Under the pieces are notes generated by a model, which saw only the letters and a program-made list of their open reading frames with translations, had not been told where the DNA came from and did no database searches. Shown in pieces: positions 15,458 through 24,300 of a stretch of DNA of 57,726 nt. This DNA is from an uncultured Eubacteriales bacterium (GTDB lineage Bacteria; Bacillota_I; Bacilli_A; RF39; UBA660): contig ONSL01000001.1 of the NCBI GenBank assembly GCA_900320505.1, positions 1-57,726 on the forward strand, given 5' to 3'. Made by a program: the position numbers and the translations under genes. Each line of letters opens with the position of its first letter. Position 1 is the first letter of the stretch.

Positions 15458-17501
15458 TTATTTTACCATCCTCAAGTGTTAATATTCTATCAAACAAATT
15501 ACTTGCATTTAATCTATGACTAATTACAATTACAGTTTTGTCTTTTAAATATATAAGTATTTCTTTTAGCATTCTCTTTTCTTCTTCAATATCAAGTGCA
15601 TTAAATGCCTCATCAAATATATAAATATCACTTTTTTTCATTAAACTTCGAGCGATAATTATTCTTTGACGTTCACCACCTGATAAATTTTCTCCATCTT
15701 CTTCAATCATTTCATCTAGTCCAAGTTTGGTTTTATATATTTTAGAAAGACCTGTTATTTTTTCAATGTTTTCAATATCATCTCCATCTTTATATACTAT
15801 ATTGTCTCTAATTGTTCCAGTAAATAAGGATTCCTTTTGAGAGGTGTAGGAAATATGTGTTCTAATCATGTCTAAATGAATATGTGAAATATCAATATTA
15901 TTTATCCTTATCATTCCACTATCTATTTCAATTAAACCTGCTAGTATCTTCACGAGTGTTGACTTACCTATTCCACTTTTTCCAAGTAAGAATATTTTTT
16001 CTTTATTTTTAATAGTTAAATCTAAATTATTAAATATTTTCTTTGTTCCATATGAATAATTTAATTTTTTGATTTTAATATTTCCATTTAATTTGTATTT
16101 GTTAAAATATTCATTACAATTAAAATTATCAATATTTACCATAAATAGATCTTCTATTCTTCTTTTAGATATTTTGTAATCTGTAAAATCTGTTAAAATA
16201 CTAGTGCATCTTTCAAATGATGATACAAAATATTCATATAAAGTATACATAAGTATAAGACTTGGTAGAGATAAAGAACTTTTTATTATCATATAAGATG
16301 ATATAGAAAGAAGAGAAAGCTTTGCAAGGGAAGATAAAAAACTATCTGCTTTACTATTCATACCATTAAATAAAATAAACTTATATGATTTAGATAAAAA
16401 ATTTCTATATACTTTTAGAAAACCATTTAATCTTTCTTTTTCTATATGCATATCTTTAATTGTATTCATACCCTTTATGTTTTCATATAATATACTATTT
16501 ACCTTGTCTTCTTCATTTAATAAGAGCTTTTTATTGCTTTTATAATATCTTAATGTGAATATTTTTATTATCAATTTAATAAAATATATTATAAATATGA
16601 TTATAGCAATTTTTAAATTATATCTTATTAATTTAAATGAAACAAGAATGATAACCATTAGATCAAGTGGTATGTATACTATTAATTTTACTAAAAAGTT
16701 TTTAATACTTTCCAAATCTTTTACTTTAGATACAATCTCTCCACTTGTTCTTGATTCATAATAAAGATATGGTAAAAGAGTTATTCTAGATAATATCTTC
16801 TTTGTTAAATACTCATTAAGGCTTGTTGTTAGTTTAATAGAATAAGAAAGAGATATAAGACCTGCAGCATTTCTAAAAAGTTCTAAAACAATAAATAAAG
16901 ATACTATTATATAGATATTATTTATCATATTATAATTAATAGATTCATTTAAAAATATATTAAATTCTGATGAACATAATAAAGTTAAAATAAATTCAAT
17001 TATTACAAATATAACTAAATAAAAAGTATTATTATCTTTTAAGAAGTCTTTTATCCATGGTTTGATTATATTTTTCTCTTTATAATGTGGTAAATTCTTA
17101 ATAGGCTTTAAATATATAAATATACCACTTGATTCGAGTTTAAACTCTGAAAAATTAATTATCTTTTTACCATAATAAGGATCCATTATAAGTAACTTTT
17201 TATGCTTTTTATCTATCTTGTATATCACTATAAAATGTTTTAGATTCTTATTAACTATTATATGTGCAATTATAGGTAAATCTTTTTCATTAATATTTTC
17301 AAGTTCATCTTTTAATCCAAAAGATGAGAATCCAAGATTTTCTGCAGTTGTTACAAGATCAAGTGCTGTAACACCATTTTTTGTAGTGTGTGTAAGTTCT
17401 CTTAAATATTCAAGAGAAATATTTCCACCATAATGTCTTATAACAGAAAGAAGTGAACAAACTCCACAATCCTTGATTCCTTCTTGTTTAACTATTTCCA
17501 T
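15444..17501 (-). CDS. bacteriocin/peptide-processing ABC transporter with N-terminal C39 peptidase domain
   Basis: C39 motifs QEGIKDCGVCSLLSVIRHYGG and HFIVIYKID...MDP. Six-TM core. Walker A GKSGIGKST, signature LSGGERQR, Walker B IYIFDEAF. Confidence 0.92.
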   Translation of the reverse strand: MEIVKQEGIKDCGVCSLLSVIRHYGGNISLEYLRELTHTTKNGVTALDLVTTAENLGFSSFGLKDELENINEKDLPIIAHIIVNKNLKHFIVIYKIDKKHKKLLIMDPYYGKKIINFSEFKLESSGIFIYLKPIKNLPHYKEKNIIKPWIKDFLKDNNTFYLVIFVIIEFILTLLCSSEFNIFLNESINYNMINNIYIIVSLFIVLELFRNAAGLISLSYSIKLTTSLNEYLTKKILSRITLLPYLYYESRTSGEIVSKVKDLESIKNFLVKLIVYIPLDLMVIILVSFKLIRYNLKIAIIIFIIYFIKLIIKIFTLRYYKSNKKLLLNEEDKVNSILYENIKGMNTIKDMHIEKERLNGFLKVYRNFLSKSYKFILFNGMNSKADSFLSSLAKLSLLSISSYMIIKSSLSLPSLILMYTLYEYFVSSFERCTSILTDFTDYKISKRRIEDLFMVNIDNFNCNEYFNKYKLNGNIKIKKLNYSYGTKKIFNNLDLTIKNKEKIFLLGKSGIGKSTLVKILAGLIEIDSGMIRINNIDISHIHLDMIRTHISYTSQKESLFTGTIRDNIVYKDGDDIENIEKITGLSKIYKTKLGLDEMIEEDGENLSGGERQRIIIARSLMKKSDIYIFDEAFNALDIEEEKRMLKEILIYLKDKTVIVISHRLNASNLFDRILTLEDGKIIEKL

Positions 17502-17541
17502 TTTTCACCTCCCTATTATATATATACGAAAAAAAATTAAG

Positions 17542-17586
17542 AAAATTGCACTTTTAATAAAAAAAATTGCATTTTTTTGCAATTTT
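17542..17586 (-). promoter_or_regulatory. three copies of the 9-mer TGCAATTTT (one inverted, two direct at 21-bp phasing); terminator and/or operator
   Basis: The plus strand carries AAAATTGCA at 17542-17550 and 17563-17571, and TGCAATTTT at 17578-17586. The outer pair forms a hairpin followed by a T-run on the minus strand. Confidence 0.45.
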
Positions 17587-17603
17587 CACATAAAATATAT
17601 AAT

Positions 17604-18428
17604 TTATTTATTAAAATCTTCTAAAAAGCTTCTATATACTCCATCCTTTTTTGTACCTAAAACACAATTTAAATTTACATTGTCATATGCCTTAAATATA
17701 TTGTAAGCAGCATTCTTGTTTTTCTTTTCAAGACTCTTTATTAATTCTTTTACTTCTTTTCTCTTACTAGTGCCATCATTTATTATAGAACACCCTTCAG
17801 TAAAACGACATGCACAGTTTATAAAGGTTAATTCATTGTAATCTCTCCATGCCTTTATACTATCTTCTCTTATTAAATAAAGTGGTCTAATTAAATCAAT
17901 TCCTTCATAATGTTCACTGTGAAGGCAAGGCATCATAGTCCTTATTTCAGATGCATAAAGCATTGATAAAAGATTAGTCTCAATAACATCATCAAAATGA
18001 TGACCAAGTGCTATCTTATTGCATCCTAACTTTTGAGCTTCTTTGTAAAGACATCCTCTTCTCATTTTAGCACATAAATAGCATGGACTCTTTGGTACTT
18101 TTTCTACTATATCAAATATATCTGACTTAAATACTTTTAAATCAACATTTAAAATTTTAGCATTATCAAGTATCATATTCATATTGTAATCATTGTATCC
18201 AGGATTCATGCATACGTATTCAACGTCAAATGGAACCTTTCCATGTTTCTTTAACTCTTCTAAACACTTTGCCATCAAAAATGAATCTTTACCACCAGAT
18301 ATACAGCACATAATGTGATCCCCTTCATTAATTAGGTGATACTCTGAAACAGCTTTTACGAATTTGCTCCATATATCTTTTCTAAATTTCTTTATTATTG
18401 ATCTTTCTATTTCTTTATACTTTTCCAT
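17604..18428 (-). CDS. PP-loop ATPase, TtcA-family tRNA 2-thiocytidine/thiolation enzyme
   Basis: PP-loop CCISGGKDS and the Cys motifs CYLCAKMRRG and CACRF. 274 aa. Confidence 0.8.
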   Translation of the reverse strand: MEKYKEIERSIIKKFRKDIWSKFVKAVSEYHLINEGDHIMCCISGGKDSFLMAKCLEELKKHGKVPFDVEYVCMNPGYNDYNMNMILDNAKILNVDLKVFKSDIFDIVEKVPKSPCYLCAKMRRGCLYKEAQKLGCNKIALGHHFDDVIETNLLSMLYASEIRTMMPCLHSEHYEGIDLIRPLYLIREDSIKAWRDYNELTFINCACRFTEGCSIINDGTSKRKEVKELIKSLEKKNKNAAYNIFKAYDNVNLNCVLGTKKDGVYRSFLEDFNK

Positions 18429-18429
18429 T

Positions 18430-19551
18430 TTATATTTCCTTTTCTAAATAGTTATCTAACACATTTAAAAATATTTCTATATCTTCTCTGCTAACGTTTT
18501 TAGATAAACTAATTCTTATAGATTCAGATGAAAGTTTCTTATTTTTTGTTAAAGCATATACAAGTTTAGAAGGAGCATTTATAGGACAGCATGATGTCTT
18601 TGAAGAAACATATATTTTATTATCATCTAAATATTTTACTAAATCATTGCTTGAAACACTGTCTACACTGAAGTTTATTATATAAGGAGTAGAATCATAA
18701 GTGTTATTAATATGTACCTTATCATATTTTTTTAGATTATCTATTATAGTATTATAAAGACTTTCTACATACTTATAATTTTCTTTTCTGTCCTCTAATG
18801 CTTTTTTTAATGCTTCAACATTTGCAAGTATTGAAGGTGTATTAGGACTTCCTGCTCTATAAATAGTAGTTGATCTGCCGCCTGATATTTCAGGATCTAG
18901 ATAAACATCTTTTTTCTTAACAAGTAATCCTAAATCGCCAACTCCACCAAACTTATGAGGAGCAATTGTTATTAAATCTATTCCATTAAAGTCAAAATCT
19001 GTTTTACCAACAATACTACTAGCATCAGTATGAACATGAGCATTCTTATAATTTTTTGTTATATTTAAAACCTCTTTTAAATCTTGTTTTATAGAAAGTT
19101 CTGAATCAAGACTTGTTACTGAAACTAGTATTACATCATAATTCATCATACTCTTTAGAGCATCTAGATCAAGTCTTCCATTATCTTTTACAGGACATAC
19201 TAGTATTTCATAGCCTTCCCTTGACAAGTATTCAGCGCTTGCAGTTATACTAGTATGTTCCATACTGGATATTATTATCTTCTTGCCAAAATTCCTATAA
19301 CGGTGTGCAGTACCTTTCAGTGCTAAATTATTAGATTCTGTCGCACCACTTGTATAAACTATCTCATAACTATCGCCTAAATTTAAATATGTAAGATATT
19401 TTTTAGATGCATCCTCTATCATCTCATTCATCTTTTTGCCTAAAGTATGATTTGAATTAGGATTAGGATAACATTCTTTTAAATATTTTGTATATAAATT
19501 TAATACATAATCATCTATTTTTTCTCCAGCAGCATAATCTAAATATACCAT
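18430..19551 (-). CDS. cysteine desulfurase (NifS/IscS-like class V aminotransferase)
   Basis: PLP-lysine context APHKFGG, C-terminal SSKTSCC active-site loop, GATESNN. The probable start is the ATG at 19551 (MVYLDYAA). Confidence 0.85.
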   Translation of the reverse strand: MVYLDYAAGEKIDDYVLNLYTKYLKECYPNPNSNHTLGKKMNEMIEDASKKYLTYLNLGDSYEIVYTSGATESNNLALKGTAHRYRNFGKKIIISSMEHTSITASAEYLSREGYEILVCPVKDNGRLDLDALKSMMNYDVILVSVTSLDSELSIKQDLKEVLNITKNYKNAHVHTDASSIVGKTDFDFNGIDLITIAPHKFGGVGDLGLLVKKKDVYLDPEISGGRSTTIYRAGSPNTPSILANVEALKKALEDRKENYKYVESLYNTIIDNLKKYDKVHINNTYDSTPYIINFSVDSVSSNDLVKYLDDNKIYVSSKTSCCPINAPSKLVYALTKNKKLSSESIRISLSKNVSREDIEIFLNVLDNYLEKEI

Positions 19552-19621
19552 TATCACCAACTCCATCCAATATATATTAACACGTATTTTAAAAATTAAA
19601 AAGTAGTAAAATTTATAACAT

Positions 19622-19648
19622 AAAAAAGAATCTAGTTAAAATAGATTC
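19622..19648 (-). terminator. intrinsic terminator downstream of truB
   Basis: The minus strand forms GAATCTA-ttttaac-TAGATTC followed by TTTTTT. Confidence 0.6.
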
Positions 19649-19866
19649 TATTTAAATATATTTTTTAGAAGATAATTGTTTAAATCATTACCATTTTCAT
19701 CATATGCATTTATAAATATTTTTTTTTTCATATTATCTAATCTATTTGATTTATCATAAACTATTTTTTCAAGAACTTTTTATAGTCTTTTAAAATATTA
19801 ATATCATTAGGCATAATACTATAATACCCCTCTTTCATATCTAATGTATTATGCCATATAACTAAG

Positions 19867-21054
19867 CTAAATATCAATAAATTTCTTACTTATATAACCA
19901 TTTATATTTTCTACTATTCCAATTATCTCATCATTATATTTAATAAGTCTTTTACCATTAAAATCAACCTTTACTTTAACTCCATTTATTATACTCTTAT
20001 ATAAATCATCATCTATATCTAAAATTTCATAATCAAATATATCTTTTAAATATAGCTTTTTACTATTTATATTTATATCACTAAGCTTAATACTATCATC
20101 TAATTTAAATTTACCCTCTTTTGTTCTTAAAAGGCTTTTCATTGTAAGAGGATAATTTATTTTAGTGCCTATATCACGTATTAAACTTCTTATATATGTT
20201 CCTTTGCTTACTAAACATCTAAATTTAAATGAATTATTATCTTCTTCTATAAGCTCTATATCTTTTATTTCTACTTCTCTTTTAGGAAGATCTATAGTCT
20301 TATTTTCTCTTGCATATTCATATAACTTTTTACCATTTATTTTAACTGCAGAATATATTGGTACCTCTTGCATATACTTGCCTTTAAAACTTTCAAGGAC
20401 ATCTTTTAAATCATCTATCATAATCTTATTTTTTTGTTTTAAAACCTTTCCAGTAATGTCGAGTGTGTCTGTCTCTATCCCTTTTTCTACCACTGCAATA
20501 TATTCCTTATAGTCGTAATTAATTAAATTATTAAGTTTAGTATACTTATTAACAAGTACAAGCATAAGTCCTGATGCTAATGGATCAAGTGTACCGGTAT
20601 GTCCTACTTTTTTAGTATCAAATATTTTACCTACTTTCTCACAAACATCAAAGCTTGTTATACTACTAGGCTTATTTACAAGTACCAGAAAAGATTTGTT
20701 ATAAAACTCATTATATTTTTCTAGAGTCAATTTATTATCATTTATAATTTTTGCAGTTGATTTTCCAGTATATCTGATACTTTTTTCTTCTTTTATAAAT
20801 CCATATTTTTCAAGCAATGTACTATCAATATCTTTATTAATATCTAAAAGAAGACCTGTTACATGTTCATCTCTTTTATCATTAGTATAAGCCTTTATTA
20901 TATTTACATCTAAATTATTCTCATTAAGCATTAATTTAAACATATTTAATGCTTTTTTTTCAACCATAATTCCATTATAATCTACAAGATGCATACTATT
21001 TAAATAATCATTTGAAATAGGATTATCTTTATTTACAAATACCTTATAATTCAT
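19867..21054 (-). CDS. truB: tRNA pseudouridine(55) synthase TruB with a ~120-aa N-terminal degenerate VanY/M15B-like extension
   Basis: The TruB core is VLVNKPSSITSFDV...GHTGTLDPLASGLMLV, with a C-terminal PUA-like part. The N-terminus carries VNKDNPISNDY, EHVTGLLLDI and LEKYGFI...IRYTG...LTLEKY. Confidence 0.85.
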   Translation of the reverse strand: MNYKVFVNKDNPISNDYLNSMHLVDYNGIMVEKKALNMFKLMLNENNLDVNIIKAYTNDKRDEHVTGLLLDINKDIDSTLLEKYGFIKEEKSIRYTGKSTAKIINDNKLTLEKYNEFYNKSFLVLVNKPSSITSFDVCEKVGKIFDTKKVGHTGTLDPLASGLMLVLVNKYTKLNNLINYDYKEYIAVVEKGIETDTLDITGKVLKQKNKIMIDDLKDVLESFKGKYMQEVPIYSAVKINGKKLYEYARENKTIDLPKREVEIKDIELIEEDNNSFKFRCLVSKGTYIRSLIRDIGTKINYPLTMKSLLRTKEGKFKLDDSIKLSDININSKKLYLKDIFDYEILDIDDDLYKSIINGVKVKVDFNGKRLIKYNDEIIGIVENINGYISKKFIDI

Positions 21055-21055
21055 A

Positions 21056-21313
21056 TTATTTATGTGTTAGATAGAAAGCAGCATAGATTAATAATATTAA
21101 AACAATAATTACTATAATAAATATTATTTTCTTTCTTCTATTCTTTCTCTTAATGACTCCAAAATTTACTATTTTCTTTTGTTCTTTTGTTCCATAGTCG
21201 CTTATGAAATTTACATTTTCTGGATTGTATGGATTTATATTACCACATGATAAACATGCTCTATCTTTTTCATTCATTTCTGATCCACATTTAGGACATT
21301 TCATATTATTCAC
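21056..21313 (-). CDS. zinc-ribbon membrane protein
   Basis: CPKCG...CLSCG zinc ribbon plus a C-terminal TM helix (IIFIIVIIVLILLIYAAFYL). Confidence 0.6.
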   Translation of the reverse strand: MNNMKCPKCGSEMNEKDRACLSCGNINPYNPENVNFISDYGTKEQKKIVNFGVIKRKNRRKKIIFIIVIIVLILLIYAAFYLTHK

Positions 21314-21322
21314 TCCTTTTTA

Positions 21323-24300
21323 TTAAAATAATGATAACTGATTTGAATCAGGCAAATCATCAATTATTCCCATTTCAGTCATTTTATCAATTAAAGTTGC
21401 AGATACCTTTCCTCTTTTTGCTAAATCTTCTTTACTTAAGAATTTAGCTTTATCACGTTCTTCTACAATCTTCTTTGCAACTGTATCACCAAGTCCATCT
21501 ATTGCACTAAATGGAGGATATATTTCTTTATCATTCTTTGGTGTCCATACTGTTGCATCGCTCTTATATAAATCTACATTTAAAAATACTATTCCTCTTG
21601 CAGTTGCCTCTAATGCAACTTTTAATGATTCAAGTTGTCCATTTTCCTTATTGGTTGCTTCATATCCCTTATTTTGAATATCTATTATTCTTTCTTTTAC
21701 CTTTGAATATCCACCAATCATTGCATCTAAATCAACATCGGTTGCTTTACTAGTATACCAAGATGTATAGAAATATACTGGCATATGTACTTTATACCAT
21801 GCAATTCTAAAAGCTGAAATTACATATGCTGCAGCATGGGCTTTAGGGAACATGTATTTTATTTTTGCACAAGATCCAATAAACCAATCAGGTATTTTTG
21901 CATCTTGCATATCTTTTACATAACCTTTCCAAGTCTCTGGATCATCTGGCTTTTTAGCTTTTGATGGACGTCCTTTACGAACAAACTCCATTATTTTGAA
22001 TGCCTTTATTGGCTCAAGTCCATGATACATCAAATAAACCATTATATCATCACGACATCCAATTACTTCTTTAAATGGAACAATATTATTCTTAATTAAA
22101 TCTTGAGCATTTCCAAGCCAAACATCGGTACCATGTGAAAGGCCAGATATTTTAATCAATTCTCCAAATGTCTTTGGCTTAGTATCTTTTACAAGTTGAA
22201 TTGTAAATGGTGTCCCAAACTCTGGTATTCCAAGAGTACCTGTATCACACATTATTTCTTCATTAGTTACGCCAAGTGCTTCAGTTGATGTAAATATACT
22301 CATTGTTGCTTTATCATCAAGTGGAACTTTCATTATATCAGTTCCTGATTGAAGCTGGATAAGTCTTAGCTGGGTTGGATCAGAGTGGCCTAGTATATCT
22401 AGTTTAAGTACGCACTGATCTATTGCATGATAATCAAAGTGTGTAGTTCTCCAAGCAGATGTTGGATCATCTGCAGGAAATTGGAATGGAGTAAAATCAT
22501 ACACAGATTTATAATCTGGAATAACAACGATTCCTCCTGGATGCTGACCAGTTGTTCTTTTAACACCAGTACATCCCATAGCAAGACGTTCAATCTCTGC
22601 TGTTCTCATTCCTTCAATTCCTTTTTCTTCCTCAAATCCTTTGACAAAACCAAATGCAGTCTTATCAGCAACTGTACCAATAGTTCCTGCTCTATATACA
22701 TTATCTTCTCCAAATAAAACCTTTGTATACGCATGAGCAGATGCCTGGTTTAAATCACTAAAATTAAGGTCTATATCAGGAACCTTATCAGCATTAAAAC
22801 CTAGGAACGTTGCAAATGGCATATCTTGTCCATCCTTAATCATTTTTATTTTGCAATTAGGACAATCTTTATCTGGAAGGTCAAATCCAGAAGAAAAGTT
22901 AGTTCCTAAACTTTCTCCATTATCATCATTGAAGAAACTTCTTTTACATTTAGGGCATCTATAATGTGCAGGAAGTGGATTAACTTCAGTTATTCCCATC
23001 ATAGTTGCAACAAAAGATGATCCAACAGATCCTCTTGAACCAACAAGGAATCCCTCATCATTAGAGTGTTTAACTAAACGTTGTGCAATTAAGTATATTG
23101 GATCAAATCCGCCACCTATAACACCACCTAATTTTTTCTTAAGTAGTCCTTCAAGAGCATCTTTATCTAAATCTGGATTTTCCTTTCTTAATTTTTCTCT
23201 TATTAAATCCTCTATTTTATCTTTTCCATCATTAATGTATTTATCAAGTTCTTCAAATATCTTATCTTCATCTTCAATTCCTTGAGCTTTAAGATTTTCA
23301 GTTATTGTATTCTTTAAAATATCTCCATAAAGTTCTGTTGCAATTCTATCTTCAATAAAATGAGGTAGTGGATCTCCATACCAGTCTTTTGCTTTTGTCA
23401 TAACAAGATCTGTAACAACTCTAGGGCAGTCTAGATATTCGCCATCATCACCTTTAACACGTGGAGAAAATGGTATACCGCCAGTATCTGGTATTACCTC
23501 TATTATGTCACACATATCTGCAATCTTATTAGGATTATCTATTACTATTTCATGAGCTAGTTTTTCATCTTCTAGGAATTTAAAGTCATCCATCATTTCA
23601 TCAGTTGTTCTAAAGTGATTTGATGGTATCTCTTTTATTCCACCTCTTGCAAGTGGATGACGACCGCCACCAGGAACCTTTTGATTTACAATTATTTCTC
23701 TATAAATTTTATCTTCTCTATCGATATGATGTACATCTCCAGTTGCAACTATTAATTTTCCAGCTTCTTTTGTTGTTCTAATTATTTTCTTAAGATGTTC
23801 AGAAAGTTCTAAATTATTTGAAAAATCTCCTGTTTGAAGAAGATGTATATAGCACTCAATAGGCTGTACTTCAACATAATCATAGTATCTTATTATATTT
23901 GAAAGCTCGTCTTCTGACTTTGATCTTGCCTGAACAAATACTTCGCTTTCATAACATCCAGATCCAACAAGAAGTCCTTCTCTATTTTCTTCAAGTACAC
24001 TTCTTGGTATTCTAGGTGTTTTATAGATGTAAATTGTATTAGCAAGAGAAATTATTTTAAATAAATTTTTTAAACCAGTCTTATTCTTTGCAATTAAGTT
24101 TACATGATAACTTCTACCATATTTATAGATTTCATCAGTTGATACCATATTTGCAAGCTGATCCATAGTTTCAATATTACGATTATTAAGTTTTTCAAGC
24201 ATCTTCCAAAATACAAGTGCAGTTCCTTCTGCATCATAATCTCCTCTATGGTGAGCATTCTCATCCCATGGAACATTATATCTTTTAACTATTGCAGAAA

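Noticed and set aside
17473-17706. The 77-aa plus-strand ORF spanning the gap between the exporter and the TtcA-like gene
   Set aside because: It runs antisense across the exporter start, the repeat/terminator region and the 3' end of the TtcA-like gene. It has no RBS and is implausible as a gene.
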